A stretch of 32,000 nucleotides of DNA from Pyrodictium abyssi (lineage in GTDB: Archaea; Thermoproteota; Thermoprotei_A; Sulfolobales; Pyrodictiaceae), in NCBI RefSeq assembly GCF_036323395.1, contig NZ_AP028907.1, positions 240,001 through 272,000 on the forward strand, written 5' to 3'. The notes beneath the pieces are model-generated. The model did no database searches. It was not told the origin of the DNA and saw nothing but the letters and a program-made list of their open reading frames with translations. The stretch's first letter is position 1; each line of letters opens with the position of its first letter. Shown here piece by piece: positions 9,312-18,614 of the stretch. Made by a program: the position numbers and the translations under genes.

Positions 9312-9314
9312 CGG

Positions 9315-10055
9315 CTACTCTACCCTCGGCGCTATGAGGAAGCTAAATCTGGCCCCCTGCGGCAGCTCGTGCTCCACGAGTGCAGGCATGTCTGTACTGA
9401 AGTGGATAGTTATCATGTCTGCTACACGCGAGGCACCGGATAGGTCGCTGAAGTATTCGAGTGTGTAGCTTGCCTGCTGTGTGTCCTCAGCCTCTAATTC
9501 TATGAGGCTGCCGCTTTCACGTGTATATATTATCTCCGCCTCGCCTAGCTCGCTTGTCGACGATACTTTGAACTCCTCGCTACTCGCCACAAACCGTATA
9601 ACATCGCCTATAAGCTCAACATCCTTTATAGTGTCACGGTAGACGTCACTCATCACCTTAACGCGTGCTTTGAACTCGAGCTGGGGCTCTGGGAGCTGCT
9701 CAGCAGTTATATCGAGAAGGGGTAGCGTGAACCTCCGGTAGCCCTTACCTATGAACGTGAACGAGATCGAGTTCTCGTCAGCTGATATTTCGAGGCGATC
9801 CTCCTTGCCGGCCCGGCGTAGCACCTTAGCCACATCCTCTAGGTTAACGCCGAGTTCTGCACGCTGCTCTACGTCGAATTCCTCAAAGGAGTCTCTTGGA
9901 AACTTCATATCAAGCATTATCACGTGAGAGGGGTCCATGGCCCTAAACGTTAGACCCTCATCGGGGTCGACTATGAACACGCCCTCCTCTATGACCTTGG
10001 ATATTGCCGAGATAAGGTATCGCCATACACGTGCATCGAAGAACACCATCTTCAA
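9315..10055 (-). CDS. pcn: DNA polymerase sliding clamp (PCNA)
   Basis: 246 aa MKMVFFDARVWRYLISAISKVIEEGVFIVDPDEGLTFRAMDPSHVIMLDMKFPRDSFEEF..., typical PCNA start and DPSHV motif. Confidence 0.93.
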   Translation of the reverse strand: MKMVFFDARVWRYLISAISKVIEEGVFIVDPDEGLTFRAMDPSHVIMLDMKFPRDSFEEFDVEQRAELGVNLEDVAKVLRRAGKEDRLEISADENSISFTFIGKGYRRFTLPLLDITAEQLPEPQLEFKARVKVMSDVYRDTIKDVELIGDVIRFVASSEEFKVSSTSELGEAEIIYTRESGSLIELEAEDTQQASYTLEYFSDLSGASRVADMITIHFSTDMPALVEHELPQGARFSFLIAPRVE

Positions 10056-10157
10056 GCAAGCATCACCTCATTATCGCTATAGACCGTCTTCCCTTTCCTC
10101 CTACTGTCCAAGCACACACTATAGGCTGTTTAAGGGGTAAAATTAGGGTCCGGCCCC

Positions 10158-10403
10158 TCATGAACGTTTCTGCCTCCCGCATTCACTGAGTAGCTCCTTT
10201 GCCGTGGAGAGGCCAGACTGGACGAGTCTTAGTGCTCTTTCAACGTAGGGTTTTGATGTAATAAAGTCGGGAGTACGGTTATATGCCTCAAACACGTCCT
10301 CGTATAGCTTACTAAACAGTCTCACGAAGTACTCTACGTAGCTTTCATCTACCATGCATGCATCGCTAGTCATACTCTCTCCACACGTGCCCGCACTGGG
10401 CAC
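10158..10403 (-). CDS. Small uncharacterised protein between TFS and PCNA
   Basis: 81 aa ORF in a different frame from TFS, overlapping its 3' end by 38 bp; contiguous operon position is the main support. Confidence 0.5.
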   Translation of the reverse strand: MPSAGTCGESMTSDACMVDESYVEYFVRLFSKLYEDVFEAYNRTPDFITSKPYVERALRLVQSGLSTAKELLSECGRQKRS

Positions 10404-10719
10404 ACTTGAAGAACCTTGTTGGTGGCTCGTCGGCTCTGCGTGTCTGGACTACCCAGTAGTAGGCCTCGTAATAGCCGCACTTGGGGCATATAGCCCTGGT
10501 CTTGGGCAGTGCTTCTAGCTTCTTCTGATCGTTGACCACTATTATCCGCTCTTTCTCGCTATGCCTTATCTGCTGCCGCAGTATAGAGAGTGCAGGAGAG
10601 CCGCCCTCCGCGATCTCTCTGTGCCCACAGCTGGGGCATACCCATGTCATTCTGCCGTCAATGTTGCGCATCATCATTAGGCTCCCACAACGGGGGCAGA
10701 ACCTCATTTGTATGATCAC
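10366..10719 (-). CDS. tfs: Transcription factor S (TFIIS-like archaeal cleavage factor)
   Basis: 117 aa with N-terminal zinc ribbon RFCPRCGSLMMM..WVCPSCGH and C-terminal ICPKCGYYEAYYWVVQTRRADEPPTRFFKCAQCGHVWREY. Confidence 0.93.
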   Translation of the reverse strand: MIIQMRFCPRCGSLMMMRNIDGRMTWVCPSCGHREIAEGGSPALSILRQQIRHSEKERIIVVNDQKKLEALPKTRAICPKCGYYEAYYWVVQTRRADEPPTRFFKCAQCGHVWREYD

Positions 10720-10819
10720 CCTCTACCATCTATGGCTGTCACCGTGCGCCTTGAGCCAGTAGTGCTTTGAGCCAACTCGCAGTGGTAGGTTATTTTCCGC
10801 TCTTACAGGTTTTTCTACA

Positions 10820-11155
10820 CTATCTACAATGCTGCTCAGCATTGCCTGCCAGCGTCAAAGCATCTTCGCGGCAGAGACGTTCTAGGAGACTCTCTATGCA
10901 GGTAAGACACATGGGGGCATATTCTCTCGGGCTGAGCACTCTTAGACCAAGCTCTCTAGCCACTGTAGCCGGCCATGCTGCGCGAAGTTCCTCGGAGAAG
11001 CTACTGGCTTTAATACATTGTACAATAGTGTCTAGCGACTTGCCTATGAATAGGGCTTCTATACGGCTCTGGCTTCTAAGAATTATGGCTACTAAGAGGC
11101 TGTTCGAGCACTCGTAGATATATAGAAAACGGGCCTCACGCTTTACACTCGCCAT
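10820..11155 (-). CDS. Uncharacterised cysteine-containing protein between Rpo11 and TFS
   Basis: 111 aa ORF in a same-strand block. It overlaps rpo11 by 20 bp; contains MCLTC and further C-terminal cysteines. Confidence 0.55.
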   Translation of the reverse strand: MASVKREARFLYIYECSNSLLVAIILRSQSRIEALFIGKSLDTIVQCIKASSFSEELRAAWPATVARELGLRVLSPREYAPMCLTCIESLLERLCREDALTLAGNAEQHCR

Positions 11156-11441
11156 TAGCCTTTAGGGCCTCCTCAAACGCTTGCTGGAACTCACTGGCAT
11201 CTTTTATAATGTCGCGCAGCACCTCCTCAATGACGTCTAGAGGGTCTCTACTACCGTCGGTGGACAACACTATTACGGGATTACCTATAAGCGGATGTGA
11301 TATTATATAGGACGAGTAAACGACGCCTGGCTTCCTTATAGCGTACTTGGCTATCAAGTTGGCTATAGTGTGGTCCTCTCCTACAAGCTTCATTTCTATA
11401 GTATTTCCTTCACGTTTTAGCAGCTTTACTTTCCCTGTCAA
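11136..11441 (-). CDS. rpo11: DNA-directed RNA polymerase subunit L (Rpo11)
   Basis: 101 aa with MELKLVGEDHTIANLI-like region (EMKLVGEDHTIANLIAKYAIRKPGVVYSSYIISHPLIGNPVI). Confidence 0.9.
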   Translation of the reverse strand: MTGKVKLLKREGNTIEMKLVGEDHTIANLIAKYAIRKPGVVYSSYIISHPLIGNPVIVLSTDGSRDPLDVIEEVLRDIIKDASEFQQAFEEALKANGECKA

Positions 11442-11462
11442 TTATACCCTACCCCCAGGGCT

Positions 11463-12140
11463 CTAGCCTGGAAGCTGAGCCCCCTTAAGCATGACTGCTA
11501 TCTTTCTCAGACCGCGTCTCCACTCTTCGCGAAGCACTATACCCTCCTCGGTTTCCTCGAGGACTCTAGAGCGTAGACCATACTCTATCACAGTATCAGG
11601 GTCTACATCTAGCCCAGATGCAAGGGCTGCTATCATACGCTTAGCTGCTGTGCCCTTCACGCGGAAACGGAGACTGTCTATTACCTCTGCTATTTTCCTT
11701 GCCAGCGTTATCACCTCTTCCAGAGGGGCATCCGTGTATATTGTAGACTTGTCTTCACTCAGTCTTGCATCATAGCCACGAAGCGTTAACGCGTATACAA
11801 GGGATTCTGGCGGGAACGTTCTACCCGCTTCCTTCACTATTGCTTCTATCGAGGCTTCTCTCCTTGTTCTCAGCCGGTATAGCTCCCAGAGGTCGGCTAG
11901 GGCCTGGCGTATGCGGTACCAGCTATCCTTTATCTCGTAGTCAGTGCCCACTATCTCTATGTATATCTTGCCTCCACGTATACTCACCTCAGCATAGCTG
12001 CTGCTAATAGCGCTACCTATCTTTTCGTACACCTTTTCCGCTGGTATACCAGGCGGCGCATTTGCCACGTAGAGCTTTCTCTTAATTACGCCCAACAACC
12101 ATCCCCCTGATATGCCTAAGACGGCGGGCCTGGCGAGCAA
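11463..12140 (-). CDS. Conserved archaeal protein, possibly DUF2067-like
   Basis: 225 aa ORF packed between csl4 and rpo11; no enzymatic motif recognised. Confidence 0.5.
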   Translation of the reverse strand: MLARPAVLGISGGWLLGVIKRKLYVANAPPGIPAEKVYEKIGSAISSSYAEVSIRGGKIYIEIVGTDYEIKDSWYRIRQALADLWELYRLRTRREASIEAIVKEAGRTFPPESLVYALTLRGYDARLSEDKSTIYTDAPLEEVITLARKIAEVIDSLRFRVKGTAAKRMIAALASGLDVDPDTVIEYGLRSRVLEETEEGIVLREEWRRGLRKIAVMLKGAQLPG

Positions 12141-12167
12141 CAGCTAGGCGCTAGCCCCGCCTACATA

Positions 12168-12770
12168 CTACCTTCTCCTACGGCGTGAGGATAGCATGTA
12201 TAGTGGTGATACTCTTCTCTGTTCTTCGTTACCGCAGCGCATACACGTTAAGCGGGGACTACCAGGTACGCGGTATAAAGGCGCGCCGCAAACCGAGCAG
12301 TACGCTAGTATCACGCCATCCTGGGACTTCTTTATCGAGAGCATGTAGGGGAGTGACGATGATAACACGGTCGCGCGGATAAAGTCGCCAGGTCTTACAA
12401 AGTCATACATGCTTTTACCACCAGGGACATCAACCACCTGGAGTATATGTAGAACCCCGCTAAAGGAGCCATTATAGGGGATCATGCGCTCATCTGCAAA
12501 TATCTTGACTAGTGCCAGCTCGTCGCGCGGTATCGCATAGACTGCCCCGTATACGATACTGTTACGCTTGGGAAGTCTAGGCTTCATTGATACCGGTTTT
12601 ACACTAATCCTACGGGCTACGAGGTCTACCTCCACCTGGCCGAACCGTGCTGCACGTATGTATCCATCGTCAACATAAACGCCTTCGCCCGGTATGAACT
12701 CTTCTACAGTGCATAGCGGCTCGCCTGGGAAGACTCTACGCCCTACTAGTTCCTCGACACTCCTCAGCAT
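12168..12770 (-). CDS. csl4: Exosome complex RNA-binding protein Csl4
   Basis: 200 aa with N-terminal GEPLCTVEEFIPGEGVYVDDGYIRAARFG, central S1-like region and zinc ribbon CSVCGAPLYRVPGSPRLTCMRCGNEE. Confidence 0.88.
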   Translation of the reverse strand: MLRSVEELVGRRVFPGEPLCTVEEFIPGEGVYVDDGYIRAARFGQVEVDLVARRISVKPVSMKPRLPKRNSIVYGAVYAIPRDELALVKIFADERMIPYNGSFSGVLHILQVVDVPGGKSMYDFVRPGDFIRATVLSSSLPYMLSIKKSQDGVILAYCSVCGAPLYRVPGSPRLTCMRCGNEEQRRVSPLYMLSSRRRRR

Positions 12771-13407
12771 CGTGGCTCTGCCCTCTTCCCACTCTCCAGG
12801 CCTTCAAGAGTAGCACGGGTATGTAATGTATTCTCTTAACATGGTCACTATACATGGCTGGTAGCGGGAACTTATACACTTTGATGAAGTCTACACAGTA
12901 GCCTGCTTGCCCTAGGATGCGGGTGAGGTACCTCTTTACGCCTTGGTCTGCATAGTGGAGGCTACATATAGTATGTGCTCCTACGTCTATTCCAGCGTTT
13001 ATGAATGTCCTATCAGCTCTACGCCTCGATACTCCGAATGGAGGATTCTGGACTATACATACGCCCTCTAGCCGCCGAATGGGTAGATGAGCTACATCTG
13101 CTACTATGAAGTCCACTATACTCTCGGCGTAGAGCCTAGAACCCTTTGCCAACTGAGCTGCTTCCTCGTCTATCTCTATGCCGATGGTGTAGCCGCCGGC
13201 GATAGCGTGGACGGCGTAACTTAGCATACCAGTACCCGAGCCTAGATCTATTACCAGGCTACAAGGGTGCCTAGCGATACACAGCGCAATATCGACTGCT
13301 ATCTCAGGAGGTGTCCGGTATTGCTCGTACTCACGCTTAGGGCTGGCTAGACGCGGAACCAGCTGCTCTAGCAGCATTACGAGCCTTGATGCCTTCACCT
13401 GTCGCAC
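12736..13407 (-). CDS. METTL5-like N6-adenine RNA/DNA methyltransferase
   Basis: 223 aa with DLGSGTGMLSYA, GIEID and catalytic NPPFG motif, plus SLHYAD and YPLPAMY-like region typical of the METTL5 family. Confidence 0.75.
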   Translation of the reverse strand: MRQVKASRLVMLLEQLVPRLASPKREYEQYRTPPEIAVDIALCIARHPCSLVIDLGSGTGMLSYAVHAIAGGYTIGIEIDEEAAQLAKGSRLYAESIVDFIVADVAHLPIRRLEGVCIVQNPPFGVSRRRADRTFINAGIDVGAHTICSLHYADQGVKRYLTRILGQAGYCVDFIKVYKFPLPAMYSDHVKRIHYIPVLLLKAWRVGRGQSHDAEECRGTSRA

Positions 13408-13419
13408 GCCCGGGTACCC

Positions 13420-14490
13420 TCACCAAGGAAAAGTATACTGTTGCCCGGCTATACCGCCGCTTAGTACTATACGAGCTTCTGCCGGTGTAAGCACTGGTTT
13501 CCAGTAGTCGGAGAAGTCCTCTATTGCTAGCCTCGGACACGATACCATCACGTAGGCGTCATAGTCGTCCGGTGAAAGGTTGTCAAGGTACTCTCTTGTT
13601 ACGTAGCGTGCTAGTATGAACCGGTATCTTACTCCGCGTCTATCTGCAAGCCTGGCCAGGTATTCTGCTATCCATGGCCTATACTGGCCTGCAAGGAGCC
13701 CTACTACTATGCCTATTTTTGACGCGTTAGCAGCCTGCTGCATTAACCAATAGCGTTTCGCCAACGTCTTAGCGACCAGCCCTGCTATATCCTCGACACC
13801 GCTTGTGTAGGGGTCTATGCGCAGGACGGGAGTAGAGCCAGATAGGGCGAGACCGAGGCCCAGTGCGTGAAAGTATCCTCCAGCTACCACGAGGTATGCA
13901 TCAACCCTATCCATGAGCTTGGCCAGGCTATAGTAGTTGCACCCAATCACGTTATCGATAGCTATAACGCTTATACCATTCTCCGAGAGTAGATTTGCCA
14001 CCGTATTTGCTAGGCGCTTATGTTGTATGGAGTACCCTATTGCCGTACTAGACCAGCCATTAGCCTCGAAGACTTTTATAACCTTATTAGCTAGCGCCTC
14101 TGCGTCGCCGCCAAGATACTCTCCCTCCACGAGGTATATGTTATCCGGGATCCTGTATACACACGCGCCTCCCCTGCACAGTGGATAACTATACTCCCCA
14201 TGCCCTATGTGGACTAGTATAATATCATTGCCCATGGTGTCTAGCACGTCGAAAGACACACTACAAGAGCCAAAAGACGGTTCAAGCCTTATATATACCT
14301 CTATGTCTTCTCCGGCTAGACACTCCTCTGCGAGGAATTCTGCTAGACGTTCGAGAAGCCGTACCATTCCCTGTGGTGCTTCTAGTACTACTGCTCTTGG
14401 CTTCCTATTTTTGATTACCTTAGCTACCTCGTTGAAGTCAAACATATAGTCGTCAATTATCTTGCAGCAGCCTTTACACGATACGCCCAA
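13420..14490 (-). CDS. dph2: Diphthamide biosynthesis enzyme Dph2
   Basis: 356 aa with PRAVVLEAPQGMVRLL, ILVHIGHGEYSYP, scattered conserved Cys, and YVMVSCPRLAIEDFSDYWKPVLTPAE. Confidence 0.9.
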   Translation of the reverse strand: MGVSCKGCCKIIDDYMFDFNEVAKVIKNRKPRAVVLEAPQGMVRLLERLAEFLAEECLAGEDIEVYIRLEPSFGSCSVSFDVLDTMGNDIILVHIGHGEYSYPLCRGGACVYRIPDNIYLVEGEYLGGDAEALANKVIKVFEANGWSSTAIGYSIQHKRLANTVANLLSENGISVIAIDNVIGCNYYSLAKLMDRVDAYLVVAGGYFHALGLGLALSGSTPVLRIDPYTSGVEDIAGLVAKTLAKRYWLMQQAANASKIGIVVGLLAGQYRPWIAEYLARLADRRGVRYRFILARYVTREYLDNLSPDDYDAYVMVSCPRLAIEDFSDYWKPVLTPAEARIVLSGGIAGQQYTFPW

Positions 14491-14814
14491 GACGCCGGCT
14501 ACACCCCATCTAAGGCACCACCCTGCGGCGCTACAGAGGCCCCTACGATACAGCTCCTACGTAATAGCTAATATTGGCCAGCCCCAGCCTAGCTACCTAT
14601 ACATCACCGCATCAACTCCTCACTGATGGTAGCCTGAATGCCCTCTAGCCGGACACAGCTATGCCGAACAGAGCAGCCATACTCGACACAACATGCTATC
14701 TGATAGTTTGTTTAGGAACTAGTGCCGAAGCTGCGGGGAAGCGTGAGGATAGAGCTGCATAGATACAAGAAGAGGGTTGAACAAGCTAAGGGCCTGCTCG
14801 GAGCCAGCGCTTCT

Positions 14815-15339
14815 CTACTTCTTTATGGGGATTATGCGTATACGTGTTGGCAGCGGCAGCTTCGCAGCTCCCCGACGCAGGCCCTCCTTGGCATGCTCTA
14901 GGTGCTCCTTGCGGACGCGTACCTCTAGCACTGCCTGGCCTGGGTAGACCCTTGCCGCTGTGCCTACGGGTTTACCGAACGCCTGCCTCATACCCTCCTG
15001 TAGACGGTCAGCACCCGCGAAGGCCATCATCTTGTTCTCACGGAGCACATGATGCGGGTAGACTCTTACTCTGAACAAGTAGTTCTGGTCACCTATGGTG
15101 GTCGAGAGGTACTTATGGACCATTACACGCGCTGCCTCTAGTGCATTATGGCGTATCTGGCCGCGCTCCTCAACGTAGACTTCAAGTATGTAGTCGTAGT
15201 CACCGTGGGGGTTACCCATTGTGAACTTCTGGATCTTCGGCGGCGGCACACCATGTATGTACTCTCTCCTCGTGTAAGCTGGGCCGGAGAACGCCTTTGA
15301 ACGACGCTTGGTGTAGCACCGCGCAGGCTTCTGCGGCAT
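14815..15339 (-). CDS. rpl10e: 50S ribosomal protein L10e/uL16 (start trimmed from the ORF-track start at 15504)
   Basis: Canonical start [42 protein letters not shown] begins at 15339 (ATG). Upstream residues in the ORF track overlap the THUMP gene and look spurious. Confidence 0.9.
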   Translation of the reverse strand: MPQKPARCYTKRRSKAFSGPAYTRREYIHGVPPPKIQKFTMGNPHGDYDYILEVYVEERGQIRHNALEAARVMVHKYLSTTIGDQNYLFRVRVYPHHVLRENKMMAFAGADRLQEGMRQAFGKPVGTAARVYPGQAVLEVRVRKEHLEHAKEGLRRGAAKLPLPTRIRIIPIKK

Positions 15340-15428
15340 ACCGGTAGCACCGGGTTTAGACTCGGCATAAACCGCCTGGTTATGAAGGCTTCTCTGGCCG
15401 GGGCTCGACACCGGCGGCAGACTGGCCT

Positions 15429-16475
15429 CTATCCCGGCTTTGCGACTACTATGTAGGGATAGAGGTTTCCATGGGCTACTTTGCGGGCATGAGTTATGCG
15501 CCACCCGTGTTCCTCGAGCACGCGTCTCACAGTCTTGTGCTCCGTGGTTATCAGTACTATGCTCTTCTTGACTACGTTTACTGCTTCACGTAGGAACTCG
15601 CGGTATACTCGCCTAACTTCACGTGGACTGCCCATGCGTATACCGTAGGGCGGATTAGACACCACTACGTCTACATCTTCCACGTAGCTGCTTAAGCGGG
15701 TGGCATCACCCACTATGAATCTTATGCGGTTCTCTACGAGCGCTGCCTTCGCGTTGAGCCTCGCCCCGGCTATGTGTCTACGGCTTCGGTCCATACAGAT
15801 TATCCTAGAGTGCTCCAGAAGCATGGCAGCCTCTATTGCGACCGTGCCGCCGCCACACATAGGGTCCATCAGCGTGTCGCCGTCGACGACATCTGACATG
15901 AGTATCATAGCATAGGCTAGTGTCGGTTTAAGGGCTGCGGGATGGTCGTATATCCGGTAGCCTCTCCGGTGCCATGACATCTCGCCGCCAAGCTCTATAG
16001 ACACGTATATCTCGTCGTGTATGACGTCTACTGACACTACTACTGCGGGATAGTCTAGGTCTACCGGTGGACGCTCGCCATAGGCTCGGCGTACTGCGTC
16101 TATAACAGCGTCTCCTGCGACACGTGCTACATCTAGCGAGGAGAAATCGTGTTCTCCCACACGTTCGGCTCTCACAGCGAAGCTTGTGTATGGTGTCACG
16201 TACTTCTCTACACCACTAGCAGCTACAACCTCGTAGACCTTCCTAAGGCAGTCCTGGGAGCCACATATCCCATTGCGGGCGAGAAGCAGCTTAGCCCTAT
16301 GTATAGATCTTAACTGTTCTACTAGGTAGATCTTCTTCTCGTCCACGGATACTAGCACACGGCCGTGGCCGCTACGCACCTCGATGGCTTCGGCGCTGAG
16401 CTTAGCCTCAGCCTCCCATACTACAATGTCCTCTATGCCGGGGTTAGTCGTCAGTATGACTGTCCTGCGCGTCAC
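15429..16475 (-). CDS. THUMP-domain SAM-dependent tRNA (guanine-N2) methyltransferase (Trm14/TrmG10-like)
   Basis: 348 aa with [15 protein letters not shown] (THUMP N-terminus), [17 protein letters not shown], and [13 protein letters not shown] motif. Confidence 0.85.
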   Translation of the reverse strand: MTRRTVILTTNPGIEDIVVWEAEAKLSAEAIEVRSGHGRVLVSVDEKKIYLVEQLRSIHRAKLLLARNGICGSQDCLRKVYEVVAASGVEKYVTPYTSFAVRAERVGEHDFSSLDVARVAGDAVIDAVRRAYGERPPVDLDYPAVVVSVDVIHDEIYVSIELGGEMSWHRRGYRIYDHPAALKPTLAYAMILMSDVVDGDTLMDPMCGGGTVAIEAAMLLEHSRIICMDRSRRHIAGARLNAKAALVENRIRFIVGDATRLSSYVEDVDVVVSNPPYGIRMGSPREVRRVYREFLREAVNVVKKSIVLITTEHKTVRRVLEEHGWRITHARKVAHGNLYPYIVVAKPG

Positions 16476-17196
16476 TGCCCCTACACTCCTCCACTAAGCG
16501 GCGGAGCTTTTTCGCAAACTGGTATAATGCTGACGCCTCGCCGCTAGTCATTCTAGACTTCCACAAGAGGTGCTTTATAGCCGCGTCCACGGCCGGGAGT
16601 CTCTCCCGGTCAATAAGCTCCTCTGCAACGCCACGGAGGAGCCCGTATATACGCTCAAGGCTAGCACTGTCTGCTTGCTCGTGTATCCTGCCTTCGAACC
16701 GTAGAGCCGTCCAGAGTTCGTAGAGCACTATGGCCACTGCGTGGCTCAGGTTTAGCACCGGGTACTCTGGGTTAGCAGGTATATGCACCAGCACGTGGCA
16801 TTTCGACAGCTCCTCCCTCGTAAGGCCGACACTCTCCCGCCCGAAGACTACTGCTACGCTGTCGTAGCGAGGGGCTAGCTCTGTTGCAAACTCTCTAACA
16901 GAAACCGCGTGGCGGAGCACATCGCTGCGTTGCCCGGTCCTCGCGCTAGTACAGGCCGCTATGCCGACCCCGGCAAGTGCCTCGTCAAGACTCTTTACCA
17001 TGTTTATCCTCTCAAGCATATAGGCGCCATTAGCGGCAAACCGTCTAGCCTCCTCGCTGGCCGGGCTAACCTTAGGGTCAACAAGATAGAACTCGTCTAC
17101 CCGGAAGTTGGCTGCCAGCCTTGCTATGAAGCCTAGGTTTATCTCACCCTCGGTGCCCACAAGTACTAGCCTTATCCTTGTCCCTCCTCCTTGCAA
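16444..17196 (-). CDS. TrmJ/TrmH-family (SPOUT) RNA 2'-O-methyltransferase
   Basis: 250 aa with LVGTEGEINLGFIARLAANFRVDEFYLVDP, VFGRESVGLTREEL, and HIPANPEYPVLNLSHAVAIVLYEL. Confidence 0.88.
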   Translation of the reverse strand: MQGGGTRIRLVLVGTEGEINLGFIARLAANFRVDEFYLVDPKVSPASEEARRFAANGAYMLERINMVKSLDEALAGVGIAACTSARTGQRSDVLRHAVSVREFATELAPRYDSVAVVFGRESVGLTREELSKCHVLVHIPANPEYPVLNLSHAVAIVLYELWTALRFEGRIHEQADSASLERIYGLLRGVAEELIDRERLPAVDAAIKHLLWKSRMTSGEASALYQFAKKLRRLVEECRGSDAQDSHTDD

Positions 17197-17816
17197 CCAT
17201 ACACCACCAATATGTCCTCAAAGAATATGTGGAGGCGTTTTTTCTTCACAGCTATTCCAGCACTTCTCAGCGAATCAAGCACGTCTTTATCGCTTCCACT
17301 CAACGAGGAGTACACCAGCGTTACACACTTCAATCCCTTACAAGTGCTAACCAGTCTAGCTAGCCTCTCAGCCTCGTGTATACCACCGCTCCATGCCAGC
17401 CCTTCCAGGCCCTCGTCCTCAACCGGTAGATACGGCGTATTGTAAACGACCAGCCCTTCGCTGGGACAGCGTATACAAGTCATATTATCACACTGTGCAA
17501 CATCAACTAGAACGTCCAGGCCCATTCTACGGGAGTTCAGCAAGCTACAGTAGACCGCGCATGGACTCACGTCTATCAATACTGTATAGCTGCCGTACAC
17601 GCCACATTGAAGACCAAGTACCCCCGTCCCAGCCCCCACGTCAACGCATACAGCCAGGCGGCGCTCTCCCTGGATTTCTTTAACGGCTTCTAGTGCTAGC
17701 CACGTGTCTTCCGCCGGCTCATATACACTTTCACAGACACATATAGCCCGGGCACCATCCAGATAGACTTCCCTAACACACTTGGCTTCGCACTCGTAGC
17801 CTACTCTACTCTCCAC
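17172..17816 (-). CDS. HemK/Mtq2-like class I methyltransferase
   Basis: 214 aa with SVYEPAEDTWLALEA, DVGAGTGVLGLQ and NTPYLP catalytic motif. Confidence 0.82.
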   Translation of the reverse strand: MESRVGYECEAKCVREVYLDGARAICVCESVYEPAEDTWLALEAVKEIQGERRLAVCVDVGAGTGVLGLQCGVYGSYTVLIDVSPCAVYCSLLNSRRMGLDVLVDVAQCDNMTCIRCPSEGLVVYNTPYLPVEDEGLEGLAWSGGIHEAERLARLVSTCKGLKCVTLVYSSLSGSDKDVLDSLRSAGIAVKKKRLHIFFEDILVVYGCKEEGQG

Positions 17817-17855
17817 GCTCCTGCGCCCCGCCTCTCATGGGGACTAAGGCGCCGG

Positions 17856-18614
17856 CTACTCGGCCTGGATAAGCGTGTAGAACTCTTCTGGTGCTAGCTC
17901 GTAGACGCGTCGTCCGCCGAACCGTTTCTCCGCCTCCGCGCGCTCCAAGCTAAGGCATTTACTAGCTACTTTCGCTGCCTTCTTGTTCCTCTCCGCGAAC
18001 ATACACCGAGTCAGCTCTTCGAGCCTCCGAAGAGCCTCTCTAGGCGGCTTGTCCCCCCTAGGCTCTAGCACAACTAGCCTCGAGAACACCTTGGGTCTAG
18101 GCTGGAATGCTGACGGCGGAACGACCTTGCCGGGTCTAACATGGTATACTAGCTGTACTAGTACTGTTATTCTCCCATACTGCTTGCTAGCAGGCTTTGC
18201 TGCTATCCGGTCTACAACCTCCTTCTGCAGAAGCAGCATAGCTGGCTTCTGGGCCTCGACAGCGAGCAGTGATAGGAGCGGCCCAGTTATATTGTAGGGT
18301 ATGCTCCCGTAGACCGCGTCTACATGGCTAATATAGACGGGGAGGCTTAGCACATCCCCGTGAATTGGAGCGAACCGCGCATCGAAGAAGGACAGGCTAG
18401 CAAGCCAGTCAAGCAGCCTATAGTCGACCTCTATTCCTACAAGTAGCTGGGGCTTACAACGTTTTAGTACTTCGGAGGTAAGAAACCCCTTTCCTACGCC
18501 CACTTCTAGCAGCGTTTTAAAGCCGCAAGCCCACTGGGCGAATTCTCTCGCAACCCAGCGCGCTGTGAGAAAGTTCTGGCCAAGCCTCTTAGAGGCTCTA
18601 TGACTGGCCCTCAC
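17856..18614 (-). CDS. ksgA: rRNA adenine dimethyltransferase KsgA/Dim1
   Basis: 252 aa with LGQNFLTARWVAREF, LEVGVGKGFLT, SIPYNITGPLL, and PPSAFQPRPKVFSRLV. Confidence 0.93.
   Translation of the reverse strand: MRASHRASKRLGQNFLTARWVAREFAQWACGFKTLLEVGVGKGFLTSEVLKRCKPQLLVGIEVDYRLLDWLASLSFFDARFAPIHGDVLSLPVYISHVDAVYGSIPYNITGPLLSLLAVEAQKPAMLLLQKEVVDRIAAKPASKQYGRITVLVQLVYHVRPGKVVPPSAFQPRPKVFSRLVVLEPRGDKPPREALRRLEELTRCMFAERNKKAAKVASKCLSLERAEAEKRFGGRRVYELAPEEFYTLIQAE

Noticed and set aside
13937-14449. Plus-strand ORFs opposite dph2
   Set aside because: Shadow ORFs of a clearly coding gene.
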